This document shows positions 22,882 to 33,398 of a DNA stretch of 33,451 nucleotides, piece after piece. Each line of letters opens with the position of its first letter. Position 1 is the first letter of the stretch. This stretch comes from Octopus bimaculoides (taxonomy: Eukaryota). A program made the position numbers and the translations under genes. The stretch is taken from NCBI RefSeq assembly GCF_001194135.2, contig NC_068983.1, positions 7,539,196 to 7,572,646 on the forward strand, read 5' to 3'. The notes beneath the pieces were generated by a model. That model saw only the letters and a list, made by a program, of their open reading frames with translations. It did not search any database and was not told where the DNA came from.

Positions 22882-23533
22882 AAATAAGATTGTTGGTGAA
22901 TTAAATTATTACTACAATTACTACATCAACACGGATCGAGCAAATATGACACGTTGCTGAAAAAATGTATGTAACGGAGCCAGTTTGCCAATTCAGATCA
23001 TTGAAAAGATACTCAATAACGCCTTCACAAACTTAACATTTTTTCCTTCTATGAAAGTGTTTGACCCGAAACTTGGACTTATCTTTCCTTACGGCATAGA
23101 ATCTTCTTCGACTGCTTGTGGTATGACATTTTAATGGCTTTTTCTGTAAGTAATTTCTTCAGAGTCTAATGTTTCTTGAATTTAATAATAAATCGCTAGT
23201 ATGGTGACCCAGGATACTAAGTTGACGAGGTGGCCGAGTGGTTAAGGCGATGGACTGCTAATCCATTGGGATTATCCCGCGTGAGTTCGAATCTCATCCT
23301 CGTCGAACAGTGCTTCATTTTTAATTCGATACTCAAGTAACATTACGTTTAATAACAAATTTTGCTCATTAGATAAGCAACGCCCGAATGGACAGTATTT
23401 CTGCTTGTGACGGAATTCTATAAACCATTTCAGAAGCTCCAAGGACTCGACAGAAAACTAATGTCGTACTCATATCGCAGTCTTTTTACTTATTTTTTCT
23501 TTCACTTCCATGACATCACTGCTTTATTTTTTT
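22882..23533 (+). repeat. segmental duplication, copy 1 (contains the first tRNA-Ser)
   Basis: Near-identical to 24230-24880 (offset ~1347 bp) with only scattered substitutions. Confidence 0.92.
23224..23305 (+). tRNA. tRNA-Ser-GCT: tRNA-Ser(GCT), copy 1
   Basis: 82 nt: acceptor GACGAGG/CCTCGTC, discriminator G, D arm GCC/GGC, anticodon arm ATGGA-CT GCT AA-TCCAT, variable arm GGGA-TTA-TCCC, T arm GTGAG-TTCGAAT-CTCAT. T5 terminator at 23318-23322. Confidence 0.97.
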
Positions 23534-23595
23534 ACAACGGCGTGCTAACGATTGTCGGCTCGCCCACTTTTTAAATATTAGACTATAATGACAAC

Positions 23596-23806
23596 ATTCG
23601 TAGAGTGGCAAAATCGTCAGCATGCCGGATAAAATGCTTAACAGCATTTTGTCTGTCTTCAGGCTGTGAGTTCGCATTCCGCCGTGGTCAACTTTGCTTT
23701 TCATCCTTTTGGGATCGATAAAATAAGTACCAGTCGATCACTAGGGTCGATGTAATCAACATAACATCTCCTTCGAAATTACTGACGTTGTGCCAAATTT
23801 GAAACC
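23596..23806 (+). mobile_element. degraded SINE family B, preceded by the residual head of an opposite-strand copy (23538-23565)
   Basis: tggcaaaatcgtcagcatgccgg..gagttcgcattccgccgtggtcaac..gtcgatgtaatc..aaatttgaaacc. Confidence 0.8.
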
Positions 23807-24229
23807 AAAATCACAGAGAAGCGTGATGGGAACATGGCTCAATTTATTTCAGTTACAAAGAAACTTAACATTACATTGAACAATCACAAAAATATTTCTC
23901 TGTTAGATCATAAAATGGAAAATAATTCTCTGAAAGTTGATCCAGAAAGCTTCAACTCAACACCTACCAATGTTAACCAACTACAACGTCTACAGAAATT
24001 CTTAAGATACTTCTGTAAACGAATATCACCTTTCTCAAAACTAATTCTGCCCATTTAGAAATCTTTCCTTGTCTTGAATAAACTCTCTCATCAACTTAAA
24101 TGAAGGATACGGCTACTAGGAAAAGATGAAATTATAACCTTCTTACTTCAAAGCTATTTTACATTACGCGTTCATCATACAAGTGATCTATCTCTTTCAT
24201 ATTTAGCTAAAATGTGTAGAGAAAATAAA

Positions 24230-24880
24230 TAATAAGATTGTTGGTGAATTAAATTATTACTACAATTACTACATCGACACGGATCGAGCAAATGTGACAC
24301 ATAGCTGAAAAAATGTATGTAACGGAGACAGTCTGCCAATTCAGATCATTGAAAAGATACTCAATAACGCCTTCACAAACTTAACATTTTTCCTTCTATG
24401 AAAGTGTTTGACCCGAAACTTGGACTTATCTTTCCTTACGGCATAGAATCTTCTTCGACTGCTTGTGGTATGACATTTTATCGGCTTTTTCTGTAAGTAA
24501 TTTCTTCAGAGTCTAATGTTTCTTGAATTTAATAATAAATCGCTAGTATGGTGACCCAGGATACGAAGTTGACGAGGTGGCCGAGTGGTTAAGGCGATGG
24601 ACTGCTAATCCATTGGGATTATCCCGCGTGAGTTCGAATCTCATCCTCGTCGAACAGTGCTTCATTTTTAATTCGATACTCAAGTAACATTACGTTTAAT
24701 AACAAATTTTGCTTATTAGATAAGCAACGCCCAAATGGACAGTATTTCTGCTTGTGACGGAATTCTATAAACCATTTCAGAAGCTCCTAGAACTGGACAG
24801 AAAACTAAGTTCGTACTCATATCGCAGTCTTATTACTCATTTTTTTTTTCACTTCCATGACGTCACTGTTTTATTTTTTA
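24230..24880 (+). repeat. segmental duplication, copy 2 (contains the second tRNA-Ser)
   Basis: Near-identical to 22882-23533. Confidence 0.92.
24571..24652 (+). tRNA. tRNA-Ser-GCT: tRNA-Ser(GCT), copy 2
   Basis: Identical to copy 1 (variable loop TTA) with the same aacagtgcttcattttt trailer. Confidence 0.97.
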
Positions 24881-25087
24881 TCTTCTGTGCTTTCTGAATA
24901 TCTTTCTTGCTACCCATACCCATGCATTATTCGCGCTTATGTAGCCTCGTTGTCTTGTGTCCACACGTTTATCTCTTATTTTTCATCACATTTATTGTAG
25001 TAAAAACTGAGTCTTCTAATATTTATTACTGCCATAAGACGAAGCCTTGTGTTTGCTCTTGTTTACAGATTACAACTGTGTGAGGAA

Positions 25088-25268
25088 CAAGTTGACCGAT
25101 TACTTTGATTCTAGTGTTCGACTGGGATTTGATTTTATTGAACCCCCATCTCTCTGCGAAAGGATGAAGGGCAAAGTCGACCTCGACGGAATTTGAACTC
25201 AGAACTTAATGTCGGAAGAAATGCCGCTAAGCATTTTATCCAGCGTGCTAACGATTGTCGGCTCGCCC
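25088..25268 (-). mobile_element. SINE family B (left member of a head-to-head pair)
   Basis: gggcaaagtcgacctcgacggaatttgaactcagaac..gccgctaagcatt..gtgctaacgattgtcggctcgcc. Confidence 0.85.
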
Positions 25269-25298
25269 ACTTTTTAAATATCAGACTACAATGACAAC

Positions 25299-25513
25299 AC
25301 TCGTAAAATGGCAAAATTGTCAGCATGACGGATAAAATGCTTGACGGCATTTCTTCCAGCTTTACGTTTTGAGTTCCAAATTCCGCTGAGGTCAACTTTT
25401 CCTTTCATCCTTTCGGGGTCAATAAAATAAGTACCAGTCAAGTACTGGGGTAGATGTAATCAATTCTCCCCTCCACTCAAAAGCTGTTGGTACTATGTCA
25501 AAATTTGAAATCA
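25299..25513 (+). mobile_element. SINE family B (right member of a head-to-head pair)
   Basis: tggcaaaattgtcagc..gagttccaaattccgctgaggtcaac..cctttcggggtcaataaaataagtaccagtc..aaatttgaaatc. Confidence 0.85.
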
Positions 25514-26189
25514 TTATAGTTTGATATCTAAGTGTGATATCTAAGGTCACTATTCGGAACAATAACAGTTAAAGCACCCCGAAAGCTGTCAAGGTCAGGA
25601 ATTGGAACTGAAAATTTGTCGGGTGTTGAATATGTCTTTTACATTTGTCAAAGACAACCTTGATGGTTCTGAAGGAACACAAACGTAAACTTATCAAATT
25701 CATAATGAGCAATTCGAATCCAAAGCACACAAGATTGCAGGATCATTTCAAAAGCAAATATCCGAAAGAATTCAAACCAAATGTGATCGTTTAGTTCGAA
25801 ACCGCATCCGCTGTGGTATCGAATCGGACCTCTGCACTACATAGCCATTCCTGAATTTTGCTCATATCTATCGCCATAGCTCAGTTACGTAGTGTTTTCT
25901 GACATAAACATCAGCTACGTAAGAAGTGAGTGAACGTGTGTGATACACATGCATTTCTGACTGAACCTAAGTGTTGAGAAATGCAATTGTGGAAAGCAGC
26001 TTACCCATTCAGATCATTGAGATACTCACCAACGCATTCACAAACGATTTGTTTCTCTCCGACAACGAATTTTTACCGAGACGGCATAAACATTTATTCC
26101 CTTATTCATTGTTTGTGTATTACTTTTTATTGACCATAATGAATTTCTCAGTTTTTACTGATTCACAAATTTATAAATTTCTAATAAAT

Positions 26190-26252
26190 TTCAAGGTGGC
26201 TGAGTGGTTAAAGCGATGGACTGCTTATTCATTTGGGTGCGTGCCCTCGTTG
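26190..26252 (+). pseudogene. tRNA-Ser(GCT) pseudogene A (variable arm and T arm deleted)
   Basis: ttcaAGGTGGCtGAGTGGTTAAaGCGATGGACTGCTtATtCATT..GCGTG-CCTCGTtG. No B box. The upstream flank (25975-26065, ..attcagatcattga..gatactca..aacgc.ttcacaaac) is paralogous to the flank of copies 1 and 2. Confidence 0.85.
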
Positions 26253-26333
26253 GATCACACTTTGTTTTTAATTCATTATTATTATTATAAATATAGAATT
26301 TTAACAATGAGTTTACTGCTAAGCATATACTCG

Positions 26334-26389
<56 letters not shown>

Positions 26390-26610
26390 TGCCATATTAT
26401 TACTCACCTTCCCTGTAGTTTCTCTAGTACAACATTATTGTTCTTTCTGCTTTTCTACCTCTTTTTTCTTTCTTTTTTGCTTGCATCAATACTTTCCGGA
26501 AAAACAGACACCGAAGCATTCATTTGTCCTTTATTTAAAGAATTATATGTTAACGATTTATGTACATTACCTCTCTGATGAATTAAGAAAAAAAAAATTA
26601 ACAAACAATC

Positions 26611-26692
26611 CGACGAGGATGAGATTCGAACTCACGCGGGAAATTCCCAATGGATTAGCAGTCCATCGCCTTAACCACTCGGCCACCTCGTC
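26611..26692 (-). tRNA. tRNA-Ser-GCT: tRNA-Ser(GCT), copy 3
   Basis: Reverse complement gives the same 82-nt cloverleaf with variable arm GGGA-ATT-TCCC. A long T-run terminator lies downstream (the A-run at ~26588-26597 on the plus strand). Confidence 0.97.
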
Positions 26693-26752
26693 AGGTATTC
26701 CAACGGATTAAGAATTTAGTGATTAATTTTCGAAACTGTACATTCAGAGAAA

Positions 26753-27278
<526 letters not shown>

Positions 27279-27348
27279 TTTGCCACAAGGGCAGTCATTT
27301 TGAGGGAGGTCATGTTGGCTGATTTTGAAAGATGGAATAAAAGTAAAA

Positions 27349-27430
27349 CGACGAGGATGAGATTCGAACTCACGCGGGAAATTCCAAATGGATTAGCAGT
27401 CCATCGCCTTAACCACTCGGCCACCTCGTC
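27349..27430 (-). tRNA. tRNA-Ser-GCT: tRNA-Ser(GCT), copy 4
   Basis: 82-nt cloverleaf. Variable arm TGGA-ATT-TCCC has one G>T mismatch in the stem. TTTT immediately downstream. Confidence 0.93.
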
Positions 27431-27869
27431 TTACGGCTGATACTGTAACATATTTATAATTTATTGCTTAATTCATCAAATTGATTCTGGAGAAATATGA
27501 CTTTATCTGTGTTGGTAAAGAGTAACGCAGAAACAACGAAGAATAGAATACTTTTTTTTTATGTCGTAACAAATATGAGAAGTCCAATGTTTCGGACAGA
27601 ACCGTTCATCGGAGAGGAATGACTCGATTGTGATTGCTTTGCTGAGTATTTTCTCAGTGATGTAAATTGGTATGCGGGTTTCGATAACTGGTATTTCTCA
27701 TCATTTTTGTACATTAAGAAAGGCTTGTGAACTATACACTTTCGTTTACACCTTACATAATAGATGGTTATATGAGAAAAGTTAATGTAATGGGCTCAAC
27801 AGTGATGGGCATGTTCGTAACAGAAGGCATGGCTGTGTGGTTAAGAAGTGCGTTCTATATATTGTCATA

Positions 27870-28103
27870 TATTCTTTTACTTGTTTCAGCCATTAGACTG
27901 CTGCCATGCTGGAGCGCCGCATTAAAGAATTTTAATCGAATGAGTCGACTTAGTTCTTATTTTTGAGTTTGGTAATTATTCTATCGTACTCTTTTTTGCC
28001 GAACCGCTAGTTTACGGGGTCGTAAACACACCAGCACCGGTTGTCAAGTAATAGTGGAAGACAAACACCGACCCTAAGACACACACATATACATATATAT
28101 ACA
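27870..28103 (-). mobile_element. 3' half of SINE family C
   Basis: tattcttttacttgtttcagcc..ccatgctggagcgccgc..gccgaaccgctag.ttacgggg.cgtaaacacaccagcaccggttgtcaag. Confidence 0.85.
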
Positions 28104-28255
28104 TGTGTGGTTAGTAGTTTGCTTACCAACCACATGGTTCCGGGTTCAGTCCCACTGCGTGGCACCTAGAGCAAGTGTCTTCTGCTATAGCCTTGGGCGG
28201 CCAAAGCCGTGTGAGTGAATTTGGTAGACGGAAACTGAAAAAAACCGTTTGTACG
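28104..28255 (+). mobile_element. 5' half of SINE family C, opposite in orientation to the adjacent 3' half
   Basis: gtgtggttagtagtttgcttaccaaccacatggttccgggttcagtcccactgcgtggcacc..gtagacggaaactgaaa. Confidence 0.88.
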
Positions 28256-28328
28256 TGATTGTAATTTTTAAATTTTAATTATTATACCATATGTTATATA
28301 ATTATGTTATAATTATATCATATGTTAC

Positions 28329-28406
<78 letters not shown>

Positions 28407-29053
28407 ATATATGTGTGTATGTAAATAACTCTGAAAAGGGCTTTTGCGCGTTCCCAGAGAATATTACCCTCAGAGGCGCTAGTGTTGGTATGTTCGTGAA
28501 TAAGTCACTAACCGAAATAAGTTGATCTATTGTTTAGGAAAATACTATTTACTCGTTTACGGGTTGTACTGGATAAACTGCGAAAATAACTCCATAACAG
28601 TTCAAATTCTAAGAAATAAGCATACTCAATTTGATTTATACCAAATAATATAGGAAAATGAATAGTCTATTTCCATTGGCTGTTAAAATAAAATATATTA
28701 GCTATATATAAGGATCCCTTCCAGGGGCCCTATTATCGATTTTTTTTTTTCAACAATCTGAGTATTCCACGAGGTTTCCAAACATGAGTTCTCACGTGTC
28801 AAGTTTCATCAAAATCAATAAAACTATCTTGGTGGAGTTAGCTAACAACTCCGCAAACAAACACACCCACAGACGGAATTTCCCACATATGTAGTAGATA
28901 TATACAAATGCTCTCAATCTGTTCGTTACAAACTTTTCTTGATTTTAAATTAANNNNNNNNNNNNNNNNNNNNNNNNNNNNNNNNNNNNNNNNNNNNNNN
29001 NNNNNNNNNNNNNNNNNNNNNNNNNNNNNNNNNNNNNNNNNNNNNNNNNNNNN

Positions 29054-29103
29054 TGCTAATCCATTGGGATATTCCCGCGTGAGTTCGAATCTCATCCTCG
29101 TCG
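29054..29103 (+). tRNA. tRNA-Ser-GCT: tRNA-Ser(GCT), copy 5 (5' part lies in the N gap)
   Basis: tGCTAATCCATT GGGA-TAT-TCCC GC GTGAGTTCGAATCTCAT CCTCGTCG, then atttgttttt. The predicted start at ~29022 is inside the gap. Confidence 0.85.
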
Positions 29104-29752
29104 ATTTGTTTTTAATTTATAAATCAATATTTTGGCTTTGTTCTCTCACGAGTGACACCTAGCTCTAAGATCGTTGACGAATTTTGATTGCATTTCTGTT
29201 AGCGTATTTGGCAAATGACGAAGACCGTGAATAGCGGCGAGAAACTAGAAAACATTTCCAACCCTTGGCTGGTATGGAGAAATATTTCAACTGCGATAAC
29301 GCTTCAGCAACCATAAAAGACAAACGAATACTAGTGGGAGGCTGCAATTTACAGTGTGACATGTAGAAAGATGTATGATTACACCTATACTCGATCCGTT
29401 TTTCTGCGATAACCGGAAGTGGGTCAGGGGAAATCTTTAATGAACCCCTCCACCCACGTCGTACTTCTCATTTCCATGAAGCTATGTATGATCAGGTATC
29501 CACTTCATTGTTACTTAAGTATTCTGATGAATAATTACCTATTTTAAGCGAAAACTCTCAATCTTTTACATACAATCTTTTCCGTTTTAAAATAATTCTT
29601 CATTCCACGAACTATCAATAAATAGAAAGTTAGTTTCTCATGGCAATTGTACGTACTTTATTTACTATCTCTTACAGTAACTAAATCCTTGGCGTTCTTC
29701 TCTTGCAGCAATTAGGTACTAAATTGCCAAAATATTAACTGAAAATCGTAGA

Positions 29753-29815
29753 GATGAGGTGGCCGGGTGGTTAATCCATTGCGATATCCAATCGTGAGTT
29801 CGAATCTCATCTTCG
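29753..29815 (+). pseudogene. tRNA-Ser pseudogene B (anticodon deleted)
   Basis: GATGAGGTGGCCGGGTGGTTAA^TCCATT..CGTGAGTTCGAATCTCATCTTCG^. A 16-nt deletion between TAA microhomologies and a 3-nt TCG deletion give 82-16-3=63 nt. B box and T5 run (29825-29829) are intact. Confidence 0.88.
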
Positions 29816-30663
29816 AACAGTTGCTTTTTAAATTTTTAAATCAATATTTAGGTTCGTTCTGTCGTTATTGATACTCAGCTGTAGATTCGTTGTTAAAAAA
29901 ATTGATTGCATTCCTTATTAGTGTATGTGGTTAATGGTTAAGTTCTCTTTGTAACTAAATGGCTTTTGGTTCATTTTTACTTCATGATATCTTCATTGGT
30001 TAAACAACTTCTACCGTAAATTCAAGTCGACCAAATCTTTGTGGGAAATTTATTTGCTACGTTGAAACTACGAACATTCTGGTTGGATGAAGACTACCTG
30101 TTCTTCAATGAAGATTTGGCCCAATTTTCACTCTCTCACTCGTACAGAGCGATAGTTTCTTACATTGGAATAAATACTGCCGTTATGTTCTCGGATGGTC
30201 TTCACAAGAACATTAAGCAAGTTCTATCAGACCCGTTTGTGACAGATTCTATGCTTTAACACACAATAGCCAGTCTATTGTCAGCAGAATCTTTAACATT
30301 GCTCTGGAACTGATGTTTTTCATATGTCGCTAAATCTGATTGAGAAGATGAAGAATTAAAGTTTAATAGCATTTTTGTTGAGGCTTCCTAATATTTTCTC
30401 CGGCGTTCACTGTGTTTTATTAATTAATTTAGTGTCGTGGTAGATTTGGTATATGATCTTAATCCATTATTTCTTCCCGTAATCCAGCTCATTGTTACTT
30501 ACACATTTTAATAGATATCAACCTACTTTAAACAAATGCTCTCGATCTTTTCTTGATTAAAATATTCCTATATTCGATATAATATCGATAAATAAGAGAT
30601 TTTTTAGGCTTCTGTTCCACGAATGAAACAGTAAACTGTTAAATTTTGCTGGACCAGTGTCGT

Positions 30664-30745
30664 GACGAGGTGGCCGAGTGGTTAAGGCGATGGACTGCTA
30701 ATCCATTGGGATATTCCCGCGTGAGTTCGAATCTCATCCTCGTCG
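30664..30745 (+). tRNA. tRNA-Ser-GCT: tRNA-Ser(GCT), copy 6
   Basis: 82-nt cloverleaf with variable arm GGGA-TAT-TCCC. T6 terminator at 30752-30757. Confidence 0.97.
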
Positions 30746-31060
30746 GTTTGCTTTTTTAATTCATAAATCAATGCCTTGGTTTGTTGTCTTGATTGATTCA
30801 TAGCCGTAAAATCGTTGCATCACCCATCATTTCTGCAGGCAGTCCTGTACTGCTGGTTATTCAGTACTGTTTAACTTAATCTTGAACATCTCTTGTTGAT
30901 AAGTTCACTCTGTAACCACGTGGCTCCTACTTCATGACATTTATCGGCCATTCGTTTTCTACAATAATTTTAAGTCGACCAAACAAACCCTTGAATGAAG
31001 ACTTTACCCAATATCCTCACTCGCCCCCCCTTTCTCTTTCTCTGTATATATGTATGTATA

Positions 31061-31320
31061 GGTAATCTTCAAGTTTAGGGGGATAAAAAAAATAAATAAA
31101 AATATTCAAGGGAAATAACTGAACGACTTACCAGTATTATCCGTTTTCTTCTAGCTGTTTATAAATAAATCACACCCTAACCCTAACCTTAACGTCAATC
31201 AAATCACGTGTGTGATTTATTTATAAACAGAGATGTACGGAGAATACTGGTAAGACGTTCAGTTACTTCCCTTGAATATTTTTATTTATTTTTTTTATCC
31301 CCCTAAACTTGAAGATTACC
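31061..31320. mobile_element. foldback MITE with ~111-115-bp TIRs and a telomeric-repeat core
   Basis: 31061-31175 (ggtaatcttcaagtttagggggataaaa..aaataaatcacac) is the near-perfect reverse complement of 31210-31320. The loop contains CCCTAACCCTAACCTTAA. It sits in a TA-rich microsatellite and is absent from the sister array units. Confidence 0.88.
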
Positions 31321-31861
31321 GTATGTATATATATNNNNNNNNNNNNNNNNNNNNNNNNNNNNNNNNNNNNNNNNNNNNNNNNNNNNNNNTATATATATAT
31401 ATATATATATATCACTCCCGCTATTTCTCGTTCAGAATGATAGTTTTTTTTTTACTTTGGAATAAATAAGGGACCTTGTGTTCTTGGCTTGTCTCCACAA
31501 GAAGATTAATCTGGTTCTCTCTGACCCGTTCGTGACAGATTATAAGCTTTAAGGCGTAGTTTATTTCCAGTAGAATTTTTGTTTAACATTGTTCAGGAAC
31601 CGATGTTGCCAAATCTGGTTGAGATGATGGAAGATTAAAGTTTGATAGCTCATTTGTTGATGCTTCTTCATATTTCACTGTTCACGGCGTTCACTGTTTT
31701 GTTAATTAATTTAGTTTGTGATAAATTTGGTGTATTATCTTTGTCCTTTGTTTCTTTTCGTAATCCAGATAATTGTTACATATTTTAAATTTTAGAACTC
31801 CTCATTTCGCTTACCACGAATGAAACAGTAAATTGTTAAAATATTGCTCAGCACTTGTAGC

Positions 31862-31943
31862 GACGAGGTGGCCGAGTGGTTAAGGCGATGGACTGCTAAT
31901 CTATTGGGATGTTCCCGCGTGAGTTCGAATCTCATCCTCGTCG
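31862..31943 (+). tRNA. tRNA-Ser-GCT: tRNA-Ser(GCT), copy 7
   Basis: 82-nt cloverleaf. Anticodon stem ATGGA/TCTAT has one G-U pair; variable arm GGGA-TGT-TCCC. T5 at 31957-31961. Confidence 0.93.
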
Positions 31944-32737
31944 GTTGGACTTAAAATTTTTAAACCAATATTTTAGATTCTGTCTGTCCTTTTTGATATC
32001 CAACCGCAAGATCATTGTCGAAAGTCGATTGCGTTTCCTCTTGGTGCATGTGGCAAATTACGAAGCACATGAATGGTGGCGAGAAACCGTGAAACATTTC
32101 CGACCCTTACAAATATGGAAAAACGTTCCTACAATGTTCTAGTGTGGCCGGACGGGTCACCCACGATCTCTGCAGGTGGTATGAGACTAGTGGTCAGTGT
32201 TGTTTAGTTTAAGCTTGAACATCCCTAGAAGCTAAGTGGCTAAGTGCACTTTGTAACTAAATGGCTTCTGGATCACTCCTACTTCATGGTATATTCATTG
32301 ATCAAACGTTTTCTACTGTAATTTCAAATCGACCAAAGCCTTGTGAGGGAAATTTATTTGATAGGTTGAAACAACGAGCATCCGCTTACCATAAGACTTA
32401 CCTTTCGTTGCATGGAAACTCAGCCCAATGTTCGCTCGTTCTTTCCCTCCCACATCACTCTCTCATTCAGTGTGATAGTTCTTATATTGGAATAAATACT
32501 GCTATTGTGTTTCCGAATATTCTCCGCAAGAACATAAACCTGATTCTGTATCACATTTCCGTGACAGATTATATAGTTTAAAACAAAATGGCCAGTTTAC
32601 TGTCAGCGGAATCTTTATTTAACATTGTTCGTCAAGAACTGAGGTATATCATATGTTGCTAAATCTAGTTGAGACAATGACGGATTAAAGTTCGATAGCT
32701 TATCCATTGAATCTTGCCATTATATTGTGCACACTTA

Positions 32738-32950
32738 GGCGGCGTGCTGGCAAAATCGTAAACACATCAGAAAATGCCGAGCAGCATTTCGTCCGTCTTT
32801 ACGATCTGAGTTCAAATTCCACCAGGGTTGACTTTGCCTTTCATCGTTTCGGATTCAATAAAATAAGCACCATTTGATCATCGGGGTCGATGTGATCGAT
32901 TCATCTCCTTCCACTAAATTTCTGATCTTTCGCGGATATCTGAAATCAAC
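32738..32950 (+). mobile_element. SINE family B
   Basis: ggcggcgtgctggcaaaatcgt..ctgagttcaaattccaccagggttgactttgcctttcatc..ggggtcgatgtgatcga. Confidence 0.85.
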
Positions 32951-33010
32951 ATATTCTTCACCCTTGGCAAGGATTTACTACTTATTGTATTTTGGCATAT
33001 TATACTTGTT

Positions 33011-33398
33011 TATTCTTTTACTTGTTTCAGTCCTTTGATTGTGGCCATGCTGGAGCACCGCCTTTAGTCGAGCAAATCGACCCCAGAACTTATTCTTTGT
33101 AAGCCTGGTACTTATTCTATCGGTCACCTTTTGCCAAACAGCTAGGTTACGGGGACGTAAACACATCAGCATTGGTTGTCAAGCGATGTTGAGGGGACAA
33201 ACACAGACACACAAACATGTATATACGCATATACATATATACGACGGGCTTCTTTCAGTTTCCGTCTACCAAATCCACTCACAAGGCTTTGGTCGGCCCG
33301 AGGCTATAGTAGAAGACACTTGCCCAAGGTGCCATGTATTGGGACTGAACCCAGAGCAATGTGGTTGGTAAGCAACTACTTACCACACACCCACTCCT
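33011..33398 (-). mobile_element. full-length SINE family C
   Basis: Head AGGAGTGGGTGTGTGGTAAGTAG..GGGTTCAGTCCC, internal microsatellite, 3' end GACTGAAACAAGTAAAAGAATA. Confidence 0.92.

Noticed and set aside
25710-25805. Cluster of B-box-like motifs (e.g. AGTTCGAAACC at 25793) as extra-TFIIIC sites
   Set aside because: No A box or cloverleaf. One good match is compatible with chance.
27586-27616. Penelope-type hammerhead core on the minus strand (CCGATGA..CGAAAC)
   Set aside because: U4 is mutated, stem II does not pair, and no stem I or III is evident.
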